DNA of 32,000 bases from Longivirga aurantiaca (GTDB lineage: Bacteria; Actinomycetota; Actinomycetes; S36-B12; CAIYMF01): the NCBI RefSeq assembly GCF_042660085.1, contig NZ_JBHSTI010000008.1:1539876-1571875 (forward strand). Reading direction: 5' to 3'. The position numbers were made by a program, and so were the translations under genes. Position 1 is the first letter of the stretch; every line of letters begins with the position of its first letter. Below the pieces are notes generated by a model that was given only the letters and a program-made list of their open reading frames with translations, searched no databases and was not told the origin of the DNA. Of the stretch, positions 9,961 to 18,889 are shown piece by piece.

Positions 9961-10080
9961 CGGCCGACACGAGGGCCCGGCATCCGGTGGCCCGGGCGGA
10001 TCGGACGTGATCCGTGCCGCACCGCGGAACCTCGACGTCCCGCCTGACCACCGGAGGGGCGGCTGCGGCAGGATGCGGGC

Positions 10081-10293
10081 ATGAGCAACCGCACCTACCG
10101 CGTCACCGAGATCGTCGGCACCTCCACCGAAGGGCTCGAGGACGCCATCCGCAACGGCCTCGGCCGGGCGTCGCAGACGCTGCGCCACCTCGACTGGTTC
10201 GAGGTCACCGAGATCCGCGGCCAGCTGCGCGAGGGCAACGTCGAGCACTTCCAGGTGGGCATGAAGGTCGGGTTCCGCCTCGAGGACGCGTGA
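10081..10293 (+). CDS. dodecin family flavin-binding protein
   Basis: 70 aa. MSNRTYRVTEIVGTS...LDWFEVTEIRG...HFQVGMKVGFRLED closely resembles the mycobacterial dodecin as I recall it. Confidence 0.85.
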   Translation: MSNRTYRVTEIVGTSTEGLEDAIRNGLGRASQTLRHLDWFEVTEIRGQLREGNVEHFQVGMKVGFRLEDA

Positions 10294-10868
10294 CCCGCGT
10301 CGACGCCCCCGGGCCCGGCGTGCGCGAGGTGCGGATCACGCACCTGGAGATGACCGACCCGGCCGAGCTCACCCCCGCCCGTGAACCGCGGGTGGAGGCC
10401 TCGTTCGTGCGCGCCGGCCGGCCGGCGCCGGAGCTGTCGCGCTACTTCTACCGCGCCGTGGGCGGCGACTGGTACTGGCTCGACCGCATCGAGTGGACGT
10501 ACGACCAGTGGCTCGCCTGGGTCAGCGCCCCCGGCCACGAGCTCTGGTACGCCGTCGTCGACGGAGTGCCCGCGGGATACGTCGAGCTCGACCGGTCCTC
10601 GGGCGGCCCGGGCAGCGTCGAGATCGCGTACTTCGGCCTGCTCCCGTCGTACGCCGGGCTCGGCCTCGGCGGCTGGCTGCTGACCCGCGCGATCGAACGA
10701 GCCTGGGCGGTCGAGGGCACCACGCGCGTCTGGGTGCACACCAGCGAGCTCGACTCCGAGGCCGCGCTGTCGAACTACCAGGCCCGAGGCCTGCGCGTCT
10801 GCGGCACCGAGACCGAGCTCTGGGACACCAGCCGCCCCTCGCCCGGCCCCTGGCGCACCGCCCGCTAG
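10290..10868 (+). CDS. GNAT family N-acetyltransferase
   Basis: The GTG at 10290 overlaps the dodecin TGA (GTGA). The acetyl-CoA binding region is LLPSYAGLGLGGWLLTRAIERAW. Confidence 0.75.
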   Translation: MTRVDAPGPGVREVRITHLEMTDPAELTPAREPRVEASFVRAGRPAPELSRYFYRAVGGDWYWLDRIEWTYDQWLAWVSAPGHELWYAVVDGVPAGYVELDRSSGGPGSVEIAYFGLLPSYAGLGLGGWLLTRAIERAWAVEGTTRVWVHTSELDSEAALSNYQARGLRVCGTETELWDTSRPSPGPWRTAR

Positions 10869-11083
10869 CTCACCCGGTTCGCGACGAATGCGTGTGCGAT
10901 GAAGGGGCCCTTCGTTGCTCAGAGCGCAACCAATCCGGCCTTCATGAACCCATCCGGCGGCGACTCACGCCCGTGCCGTGATGGCCGGAACTTGTTCGGC
11001 TCAGGGAGATGAAGTCCCCTACCGGGCCGTCCTTCGGCCCTTGTGGCCCGGCGGGGGCCCAGCCTTCATCCCGAACACGGCAG

Positions 11084-12469
11084 CTACGAGGCCTGGGAGA
11101 CGGTGCTGAAGTTGAAGTCGTCGACGAGCAGCGGCGGCATCACGGCGCGGTTGAAGTAGTCGCCCATCTCGCGCGCCAGCGTGGGCACGGGCGCACCGGC
11201 GTCGCGGATGCGCGAGAGCAGCGCCAGCGGCGACTCGTTGAACCGGAAGTTCGTCGCGGCACCCACGACCTCGCCACGGCGTACGACGTAGACGCCGTCG
11301 CGCGTGAGGCCGGTGAGGAGACCGGTCTGCGCGTCGACCGTGCGGTTGTACCAGGTGCACGTGACGAGCAGGCCGTCGTCGGTGCGCGCCACGAGGTCGG
11401 CGAGCGAGCCGCTGCCGCCCTCGACGTCGAGCCGCAGGTTGTCCGCGGCCGGCTGGAAGCCCAGGCCGGTGACTGCGGCCGTGTGCCGCGAGGTGATGAG
11501 GCTCGACAGCACACCGGTGTCGATCCACCGCGTCGCCGGGACGGGCATGCCGTTGTCGAAGACGCTGCCGTACGGCGACGACGCGGTCGTGATGAGGAAC
11601 GGCTGCGCCTCCTGACCGGCCCATGACGGGTCGGACGACAGCGTCACGCGCGGATCGGCCACGCTCTCGCCGACGCGCGTGCCGCCGCCGCGGCGGCTCC
11701 AGACCGACTGCCCCTCGTGCGCCATGAGCGCGGCCGACGACCAGTAGAGGTCGATCATCAGGTCGGACACCGCGCTCGGCGTGAGCAGCGCGCGGTGACG
11801 CCCGGCCTCGACGTCGACCGAGCGCTCCTGCCACGCGAGGCCCTGCCGCACCTCGGCATCGAGCACGGACAGGTCGACGCCGTGCAGCGTGCGGCCGGCG
11901 CGGCCCACCCAGGCCGAGCGCGTGCGCTCGTGGCTCTTGCCCGTGAGCTCGATGCGCCCCTCGGAGTCGGTGAACCGCAGGCGGACGCCGGTGCTCGTGC
12001 CGAGGTAGTTGGTGCACATGCTCTGCTCGGCGTACCCGAAGTGCTCGACGCCGTCCCTACGGCCCGCGGCCAGCACCTCGCCGAGGCCGGGGGCGATCGT
12101 GGCGAACGACTCCGCCGTCTCGACGGCGGGCGCGTCGGCCCAGTCGGCCGAGGCGGCGACGTCGCGCACGAGCTCGGCCGCATCCTCGGCCGGTCCGTCC
12201 TCGAGCGCCATGAGCTCGGCGCGCCGCACCAGCGCGGGCAACGACTCCAGCGACGGCGCGCTGACGGTGACCGAGCCCGACGCGATACCGCCCTCGACAT
12301 CGACGATCGCGATCACCGTGACGGTCGTGCCGAGCGTCTCGCCGTTCGTGGTGAGCGTGCTGCGTGCCCAGCGGAGGTTGGCGATGCTGCGTGCCTGGAC
12401 CAGCACGATGCAGCCGCGGGACGTGGACGCGGCAAGCGCTCGCTCGACGAGATCCTGGGGCGCGATCAC
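11084..12469 (-). CDS. pmbA: TldE/PmbA family metalloprotease subunit (no HExxxH)
   Basis: 461 aa. The GTG at 12469 overlaps the TldD stop (GTGA). It shows TldD/PmbA family features but lacks a zinc motif. Confidence 0.8.
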   Translation of the reverse strand: MIAPQDLVERALAASTSRGCIVLVQARSIANLRWARSTLTTNGETLGTTVTVIAIVDVEGGIASGSVTVSAPSLESLPALVRRAELMALEDGPAEDAAELVRDVAASADWADAPAVETAESFATIAPGLGEVLAAGRRDGVEHFGYAEQSMCTNYLGTSTGVRLRFTDSEGRIELTGKSHERTRSAWVGRAGRTLHGVDLSVLDAEVRQGLAWQERSVDVEAGRHRALLTPSAVSDLMIDLYWSSAALMAHEGQSVWSRRGGGTRVGESVADPRVTLSSDPSWAGQEAQPFLITTASSPYGSVFDNGMPVPATRWIDTGVLSSLITSRHTAAVTGLGFQPAADNLRLDVEGGSGSLADLVARTDDGLLVTCTWYNRTVDAQTGLLTGLTRDGVYVVRRGEVVGAATNFRFNESPLALLSRIRDAGAPVPTLAREMGDYFNRAVMPPLLVDDFNFSTVSQAS

Positions 12470-13995
12470 CGTCCCGCCTCCTTCGCCGAGTTGAGCACGT
12501 TGACCTGCTCGAACACCGCGGCCGGGCACCCGTGCGACACCGCCGCGACCTGGCCCGGCTGGCCCTTGCCGCAGTTGAACGCGCCGCCGAGGAGGTACGT
12601 CGACTCGCCGCCGATCGCCTTCATCGAGCCCCAGAAGTCGGTGGTCGTCGCCTGGTAGGCGACATCCTTCAGCTGGCCCTCGATGCGGCCGTTGCGGATC
12701 CGGTGGAACCGCTGCCCGGTGAACTGGAAGTTGAAGCGCTGCATGTCGATCGACCACGACTTGTCGCCGACGACGTAGATGCCGTCCTCGACCCCCTCGA
12801 CCAGCTGCTCGAGGGTCGGCCCGTCCGGCGCCGGCTGCAGCGACACGTTGGGCATGCGCTGGATCGCCGTGTGCACTGCGCTGTCGGCGTACGCGCAGCC
12901 GTTCGATCGGTCGAGTCCGTGCTCGTGCGCCATCGCACGGTCGAGCTGGTAGCCGACGAGGATGCCGCGATCGATCAGGTCCCACGTCTGCCCGGCCACG
13001 CCCTCGTCGTCCCAGCCGACGGTCGACAGCCCGTGCTCCACCACGCGGTCGCCGGTGACACGCATGCCGGGAACGCCGTACTTCAGCGTGCCGAGCTTGT
13101 CGGGCGTGGCGAACGACGTGCCGGCGTAGTTGGCCTCGTAGCCGAGCGCACGGTCGAGCTCGGTGGCGTGACCGATCGACTCGTGGATCGTGAGCCAGAG
13201 GTTCGTCGGGTGGATGAGCAGGTCGTACCTGCCCGGCTCGACCGACGGCGCTGCCAGCTTCTCCGCGAGGTACGTCGGCAGCGCCGCGATCTCGGCGTCC
13301 CAGTCCCAGCGGCGCGCACCGCCGACGTCGGTGACGTCGCCCGTGACGTACTCCCAGCCACGGCCCGACGGGGGAGCGGTGGTCGACATGGTCTCGAACG
13401 CGCCGGTCGACGGATCGACGGCGAGCGCGGTGACGTCCGACTCGAGCCGCACCCGCTGCTGCACCGTGCGGCTGCCGGCGAGGTCGGCGTAGAAGGTGCG
13501 CTCCTTCACCGCGTGCAGCGCCGCCGTCACGTGCGCCACGGCCTCGTGGGCCATCACGCCGCGGCTGCGGTCGGCCAGCAGCGCCACGCGCTCGCCCTCG
13601 GCGACCGAGAACGGGTCGACGACGTACGACGACACCCACGAGCCGATGTGCACCGGCTCGGGCGCGAGCTCGACGCGCGCGGTCGCGAGCGGTGCGCTGA
13701 TGCGGGCCATCGCCACCGCCCGGGACGCGAGCGTCGCAGCGGCGGCGGGCTCGATCACGTCCGAAGCCGCGAAGCCCCAGCAGCCGTCCACCAGTACGCG
13801 GACCGACATGCCGTTGTCGTCGTCGTGGCTCGAGCCCTCGACCTGGGCGTCGCGCAGCTTCTGGTAGGTCGTCAGGGTCGAGACGATGCGCAGGTCTGCG
13901 TGCGCCGCACCGAGCGAGCGCGCCCGCTCGAGAGCGGCGTCGGCGCAGGCGTCGAGGGGGAGGGCGAGGAACTCGCTGTCGACCTCGTGGGTCAC
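12466..13995 (-). CDS. tldD: TldD family zinc metalloprotease
   Basis: 509 aa. The GTG at 13995 overlaps the upstream stop (GTGA). The HExxxH motif is present as IHESIGHATELD. The C-terminus GAFNCGKGQPGQ is typical of TldD. Confidence 0.85.
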   Translation of the reverse strand: MTHEVDSEFLALPLDACADAALERARSLGAAHADLRIVSTLTTYQKLRDAQVEGSSHDDDNGMSVRVLVDGCWGFAASDVIEPAAAATLASRAVAMARISAPLATARVELAPEPVHIGSWVSSYVVDPFSVAEGERVALLADRSRGVMAHEAVAHVTAALHAVKERTFYADLAGSRTVQQRVRLESDVTALAVDPSTGAFETMSTTAPPSGRGWEYVTGDVTDVGGARRWDWDAEIAALPTYLAEKLAAPSVEPGRYDLLIHPTNLWLTIHESIGHATELDRALGYEANYAGTSFATPDKLGTLKYGVPGMRVTGDRVVEHGLSTVGWDDEGVAGQTWDLIDRGILVGYQLDRAMAHEHGLDRSNGCAYADSAVHTAIQRMPNVSLQPAPDGPTLEQLVEGVEDGIYVVGDKSWSIDMQRFNFQFTGQRFHRIRNGRIEGQLKDVAYQATTTDFWGSMKAIGGESTYLLGGAFNCGKGQPGQVAAVSHGCPAAVFEQVNVLNSAKEAGR

Positions 13996-14993
13996 GCGCG
14001 GTCTCCGTCCAGGGTCGGGTCGAGGACGACCTTGCCCGTGGTGCGTCGGGCGCGCAGGTCCTCGTGGGCCTGACGTGCGTGGGACAGAGCGTAGGTGTGA
14101 CCGGCCAGCGGCCGAAGCCGTTTGTCGGCGACCATGGCCACGAGCTCGGCGAGGGGCTCGACGATCATCGTGCGCGCGCGCTTCGGGTGCATGGCGTCGA
14201 CGAGCCAGAAGCCGATGATCGAGTGCGACCCCACCAGGAGGTTGCCGGGCGAGACGGGGTGCGGCGCGGTGCGGCTCGCCATCCCGTAGGTGACCAGTCG
14301 GCCGAACGGCGCGAGCGCCATCAGGCTCCCGTCGAAGGTCGTGCCGCCGACCATCTCGAACACCACGTCGACCTTTCCGCCGCCGTTCGCGTCCATGAGG
14401 AGGTGCTCGATGTCGCGCGGGTGCGCCTCGGGGCTGCCGACGACGCCGACGTCGGCGCCGAGGTCGAGCGCGAGGTCGATCTTGTCCTGCGACGACGCCG
14501 TCGCGATGACGCGACCGGCACCGGCCTGCTTGGCGAGCTGGACAGCGAGGTTGCCGACGCCACCGGCCGCGGCGTGGACCACGACGGACTCGCCGGGCTG
14601 CACCCGGGCGCAGGTCTTCACGAGGTGCCACGCGGTGAGCCCCTGCACCAGCAGGCTGAGGGCCGCGGCATCGCTGACGCCGTCCGGGACGTCGAAGGCG
14701 AGGTTGCTGCGGACGACGGCGCGCTCGGCGTAGCCGCCGCCGTGCGCCACGAAGCCGCAGACGCGCCGCGGGAAGCCCTCGGGGTCGACGACGCCGACCA
14801 CCTCGGACCCGGGCACGAACGGCAGCTCGCTGCCGGACAGGTAGGTGTTCTCGATCTGGTGGGTGTCGGCGAAGTTGACGCCGGCACCGGTCACGTGGAC
14901 CAGAAGCTCGCCGGGGCCGGCATGGGGCTCGGCGAGGACGACGGGCTCGAGGACCTCGGGCCCCCCGAAGCTGCGCACCTGGATCGCTCTCAT
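13992..14993 (-). CDS. NADPH:quinone oxidoreductase / zinc-type medium-chain dehydrogenase
   Basis: The N-terminus is MRAIQVRSFGGPEVL... and the cofactor motif is HAAAGGVGNLAVQLAK. I chose the ATG at 14993 over 15038 because TAGGGT lies 7 nt upstream. Confidence 0.8.
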   Translation of the reverse strand: MRAIQVRSFGGPEVLEPVVLAEPHAGPGELLVHVTGAGVNFADTHQIENTYLSGSELPFVPGSEVVGVVDPEGFPRRVCGFVAHGGGYAERAVVRSNLAFDVPDGVSDAAALSLLVQGLTAWHLVKTCARVQPGESVVVHAAAGGVGNLAVQLAKQAGAGRVIATASSQDKIDLALDLGADVGVVGSPEAHPRDIEHLLMDANGGGKVDVVFEMVGGTTFDGSLMALAPFGRLVTYGMASRTAPHPVSPGNLLVGSHSIIGFWLVDAMHPKRARTMIVEPLAELVAMVADKRLRPLAGHTYALSHARQAHEDLRARRTTGKVVLDPTLDGDRA

Positions 14994-15000
14994 GCCTCCG

Positions 15001-15006
15001 ACCCTA
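15001..15006 (-). promoter_or_regulatory. -10-like TAGGGT placed for a leaderless qor-tldD-pmbA transcript
   Basis: On the minus strand this reads TAGGGT-cggaggc-ATG, with a 7-nt spacer. Confidence 0.45.
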
Positions 15007-15110
15007 GTCCGGCCCGACCGGCGATGCGGTTCCTCCATACCCTCCGGTAACCGCTAGTTTCGCCCGTGGCGGCCGCGCAGCGCGGCCCCTTTCTGACGAC
15101 GGAGGCGCGC

Positions 15111-15830
15111 GTGAGCCGCGTGGTGCTGGTGACCGGTGGCAACCGGGGGATCGGCCTGGCGATCGCGCAGGCGTTCGTGGCGCTCGGCGACAGGGTCGCC
15201 ATCACCGCCCGCAACGGCCAGCTGCCCGCCGAGCTCGAGGGCACGGACGTGCTGGTCGTGCAGGCCGACGTCACCGACACCGCGAGCATCGACGCCGCCT
15301 TCGACCGCATCGAGGCCGAGCTCGGCCCCGTGGAGGTCGTCGTGGCCAACGCGGGCGTCACCCGCGACGGGCTCATCATGCGGATGAGCGACGACGACGT
15401 GAACGCCGTCATCGACACCAACCTGGTCGGATCGCTCCGAGTCGCGCGCCGGGCGGCCAAGGGGATGGTGCGCCTGCGCCGCGGACGCATCGTGTTCGTC
15501 TCGAGCGTCGTCGGCCTGCTCGGCTCGGCCGGCCAGACCAACTACGCGGCGTCCAAGGCCGGTCTCGTCGGTCTCGCCCGCTCGCTGGCCCGTGAGCTCG
15601 GCAGCCGCGGGATCACGGCCAACGTCGTCGCGCCCGGGTTCGTCGACACCGAGATGACCGCGGTGCTCGGCGAGGACCGCAAGACCGAGATCCTCGGGTC
15701 CGTGCCGCTCGGCCGCTACGCCTCCACCGACGAGATAGCCGGCGTCGTCACCTTCCTCGCCGGCGACGCTGCCGGCTACATCACCGGAGCCGTCGTCCCC
15801 GTGGACGGCGGCCTGGGCATGGGTCACTGA
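15111..15830 (+). CDS. fabG: 3-oxoacyl-ACP reductase FabG1/MabA type
   Basis: The GTG at 15111 follows GGAGG (15101-15105). VLVTGGNRGIGLAIAQ, NYAASKAG and the PVDGGLGMGH end match M. tuberculosis MabA as I recall it. Confidence 0.9.
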   Translation: MSRVVLVTGGNRGIGLAIAQAFVALGDRVAITARNGQLPAELEGTDVLVVQADVTDTASIDAAFDRIEAELGPVEVVVANAGVTRDGLIMRMSDDDVNAVIDTNLVGSLRVARRAAKGMVRLRRGRIVFVSSVVGLLGSAGQTNYAASKAGLVGLARSLARELGSRGITANVVAPGFVDTEMTAVLGEDRKTEILGSVPLGRYASTDEIAGVVTFLAGDAAGYITGAVVPVDGGLGMGH

Positions 15831-15853
15831 CCCGTCCGAGCAGAAGGACCACC

Positions 15854-16633
15854 ATGGGAATCCTCGAGGGCAAGCGGCTGCTGATCACCGGCGTGCTGAC
15901 CGACCAGTCGATCGCGTTCCACGTCGCACGCCTGGCGCAGCAGGAGGGCGCCACCGTCGTCCTGTCGTCGTTCGGCCGCGCGATGTCGATCACCACGCGG
16001 ATCGCCAAGCGGCTGCCGGCCGAGGCCCCGGTCATCGAGCTCGACGTCACGAACCCCGAGCAGCTCGAGGGCCTGGCCGACGTCCTGCGCCAGCACGTCG
16101 ACGGGCTCGACGGCGTCCTGCACTCGATCGGCTTCGCCCCGGAGGCCGCGCTGGGCGGCAACTTCCTGCACACCCAGTGGGAGGACGTCGCGACCGCCGT
16201 GCACGTGTCGGCGTTCTCGCTGAAGTCGCTCGCCGTCGCATGCCTGCCGCTGATGGTGGGGGAGGGCCGCACGTCGTCCGTCGTCGGCCTCGACTTCGAC
16301 GCCCAGGTCGCCTGGCCGAAGTACGACTGGATGGGCGTGGCCAAGGCTGCTTTCGAGTCGACCTCGCGCTACCTCGCCCGCGACCTCGGCCCGCAGGGCG
16401 TCCGCGTCAACCTCGTCGCCGCCGGCCCGATCAAGACCACCGCGGCCAAGTCGATCCCGGGCTTCGACGAGTTCGACGGGGTCTGGGGCGGCAGCCGCGC
16501 CCCGATCGGCTGGGACATGAGCGACCCCGAGCCGGCCGCGCGCGCCTGTGTCGCGCTGCTGTCGGACTGGTTCCCGAAGACCACCGCCGAGATCATCCAC
16601 GTCGACGGCGGCGTGCACGCGATGGGCGCCTGA
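15854..16633 (+). CDS. inhA: NADH-dependent enoyl-ACP reductase (InhA/FabI)
   Basis: 259 aa with a GAAGGA SD. LEGKRLLITGVLTDQSIAFHVA, HSIGF, YDWMGVAKAA and LLSDWFP are collinear with InhA. It lies directly downstream of fabG1, as in the mabA-inhA operon. Confidence 0.9.
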   Translation: MGILEGKRLLITGVLTDQSIAFHVARLAQQEGATVVLSSFGRAMSITTRIAKRLPAEAPVIELDVTNPEQLEGLADVLRQHVDGLDGVLHSIGFAPEAALGGNFLHTQWEDVATAVHVSAFSLKSLAVACLPLMVGEGRTSSVVGLDFDAQVAWPKYDWMGVAKAAFESTSRYLARDLGPQGVRVNLVAAGPIKTTAAKSIPGFDEFDGVWGGSRAPIGWDMSDPEPAARACVALLSDWFPKTTAEIIHVDGGVHAMGA

Positions 16634-16689
16634 CGCACATCACTCCCCGGCGCGCCCCGTCGGCGCGTCTCCCGGTACGTCCGTCCGGC

Positions 16690-17745
16690 ATGCTGGCCCG
16701 TGTGGTGAGAGGTCAGCGGAAGTACGACCGCGTGGTCGCGCGCCCTGTCCGCTACCGATCGGCGAATGCGCGGCGTCTCGCGGTGGCGCTGTCGTCCGTC
16801 GTGACGGTGATCGTGGTCGGCACTATCGGCTACATCGCGCTCGGGGTGGACGCGCTCGACGCGCTCTACCAGACCGTGACCACGGTGACGACGATCGGCT
16901 TCCGCGAGGTCGTCCCGTTCGACAGCAGCCTCAAGATCTACACGATGATCGTCGCCCTCGCGGGCGTCGGCACCGTGCTCTACGCACTCACGCTCACCCT
17001 CGAGCTGGTGATGGAAGGCCAGCTCGGCAACCTGTGGGGACGGCGACGTATGCAACGCGACATCGACCAGCTCGAGGGTCACGCGATCGTCTGCGGCTAC
17101 GGACGGGTCGGCAGGGCGGCGGCCGAGCAGCTCGCCGCCTCCGGCGTCGAGGTGGTGGTGGTCGACCAGAGCGAGACGCGGCTCGAGTCGTGCCCGCTCC
17201 CGCACGTGGTCGGCGACGCGACCGACGACGACGTGCTCCGCGCCGCCGGCGTCCGCACCGCCAAGACCCTCGTGGCCTCGCTCGACGACGACCCCGGCTC
17301 GGTCTTCGTGGTGCTCACCGCCCGTAGCGTGAATCCTGACCTGTTCGTGATCGCGCGCTCCCGCACCGACGACGCCGAGGCCAAGTTCCTGCTGGCCGGC
17401 GCAGACCGGGTGGTCAACCCGCAGCGCATCGGCGGCAACCGCATCGCAGCGTTCGCCGACTCGCCGGACGTCGTGGACTTCCTCGACGTGGTGATGCACG
17501 AGGGTCGGCACGAGTTCCGCCTGTCCGACATCGAGGTGCACGCGGGCTCGCCCCTCGTGGGCTCGACCATCGCGGACACGCGCGCGGAGGAGGGGGGCAG
17601 CGCGATCCTGCTGGCTCTGCGCAGCCGAGGGAAGTTCGTGACGAACCCGGACCCGAACCGGCCGCTCGACGTCGGCGACGTGCTCATCGTGGTCGGCACC
17701 GCCGACCAGGTCGAGGCGCTGCACCAGAGGGCGCACGCCCAGTGA
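16690..17745 (+). CDS. 2TM ion channel with cytoplasmic RCK (TrkA-N/TrkA-C) domains
   Basis: The order is TM1, pore helix plus filter YQTVTTVTTIGFRE, TM2, then a Rossmann IVCGYGRVGRAAA and a C-terminal TrkA-C-like domain. The start is taken at the ATG at 16690; the upstream part of ORF 16177.. overlaps inhA. Confidence 0.8.
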   Translation: MLARVVRGQRKYDRVVARPVRYRSANARRLAVALSSVVTVIVVGTIGYIALGVDALDALYQTVTTVTTIGFREVVPFDSSLKIYTMIVALAGVGTVLYALTLTLELVMEGQLGNLWGRRRMQRDIDQLEGHAIVCGYGRVGRAAAEQLAASGVEVVVVDQSETRLESCPLPHVVGDATDDDVLRAAGVRTAKTLVASLDDDPGSVFVVLTARSVNPDLFVIARSRTDDAEAKFLLAGADRVVNPQRIGGNRIAAFADSPDVVDFLDVVMHEGRHEFRLSDIEVHAGSPLVGSTIADTRAEEGGSAILLALRSRGKFVTNPDPNRPLDVGDVLIVVGTADQVEALHQRAHAQ

Positions 17746-18278
17746 GCCGCCGCCTGGTAGTTCTCCGTCACGCGAAGTCGGCGTACCCGCCCGGCGTGGT
17801 CGACCACGACCGCCCGCTGGCCGAGCGCGGTGTGCGGGACGCGCGTGCGTCGGGTGCGTGGCTGCGCGAGAACGTCGGGCTTCCCGACCATGTCGTGGTC
17901 TCGAGCGCTCGGCGTACGCGCGGCACCTGGACCCTCGCGGCCGGGCCGCTCGGCTACATCGGCGCCGCGGGCTACGACCTGGACTCGCCCGGGCCGCTGA
18001 CGATCGACCCGCGTGTCTACGACGCCTCGACCGGCACGCTCGTCACGGTGCTGCGCGAGCTGCCCGAGCGGGTGCATACGGCCGTGCTCGTGGGCCACAA
18101 CCCCGGCTGCGAGTCGCTCGTCGACCACCTGGCGCGCACCGCCGATCCGGAAGCCGCTGCGGCGATCCGGCTGAAGTACCCGACCTGCGGGATCGCCGTC
18201 CTCGACGTCCACGTGCCGTGGGCCGAGCTGACTGCCGGCAGCGCGCACCTCGCGACGTTCGTCGCGCCCCGCGGCTGA
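17742..18278 (+). CDS. histidine phosphatase family protein (SixA-like)
   Basis: 178 aa. LVVLRHAKS...RPLAERG carries the catalytic RH motif. The GTG overlaps the channel gene stop (GTGA). Confidence 0.75.
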   Translation: MSRRLVVLRHAKSAYPPGVVDHDRPLAERGVRDARASGAWLRENVGLPDHVVVSSARRTRGTWTLAAGPLGYIGAAGYDLDSPGPLTIDPRVYDASTGTLVTVLRELPERVHTAVLVGHNPGCESLVDHLARTADPEAAAAIRLKYPTCGIAVLDVHVPWAELTAGSAHLATFVAPRG

Positions 18279-18287
18279 GGCGCCGGA

Positions 18288-18662
18288 CTAGCGGCGCACG
18301 CCGGTCGCGCCGTCCGGCCGCGACTTGAAGCGGCGCACCTCCTGCGGCCAGCCGCAGGCCTCGGCGATGCGGCCGGCCCAGTAGCGCGCGGTCTCGTCGT
18401 CCGGCACCTCGATGATGGCGAGGCCGCCGAGGAACTCCTCGGTCTCCGCGTACGGCCCGTCGGTGATGAGGAGCTCGCCGCTCGTGGCGTCGGCGCTGGC
18501 GGCCGTCTCGATCTCCTCCACGAGCCCGCCGGTGTAGACCATGACGCCCTGGGCCTCCATCTCGGTGACGACCGCCATCGCGAGCGGGCCGCGCGAGCGG
18601 AACCACTCCGCGGGGTGGTCGCCGACCCACTGCTGGTTGAAGTGGATGAGGTATTCGGCCAC
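18288..18662 (-). CDS. YciI (YCII-related) domain protein
   Basis: The GTG at 18662 is preceded by AGGAGGAGGA. DGPYAETEEFLGGLAIIEV is typical of the YCII family. Confidence 0.7.
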   Translation of the reverse strand: MAEYLIHFNQQWVGDHPAEWFRSRGPLAMAVVTEMEAQGVMVYTGGLVEEIETAASADATSGELLITDGPYAETEEFLGGLAIIEVPDDETARYWAGRIAEACGWPQEVRRFKSRPDGATGVRR

Positions 18663-18835
18663 GTCGTCCTCCTCCTGCCCGTGCGGGCCCGACGCCCGCC
18701 TCCACATCCTGTACGAACGGGAGCCGCGCGTATCGACACCGCTCGAGGAATCTCGTCGCTCAGGTCGGACCGTCCCGGCTCGGGTGTCACATCGCGTCGC
18801 GGGGGAGGCGTTCCCCCCCCCAGCTCAGGCCCCCG

Positions 18836-18889
18836 CCGATTTGGTAGTGGGAAGTCGCGGCGGGGCGCGAGTTCCCACTACCAAATCGG
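18836..18889. repeat. perfect 18-bp inverted repeat CCGATTTGGTAGTGGGAA / TTCCCACTACCAAATCGG
   Basis: The arms are 18836-18853 and 18872-18889. The intervening 18 nt adds 5 more base pairs after one mismatch. The element is relatively AT-rich. Confidence 0.95.
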
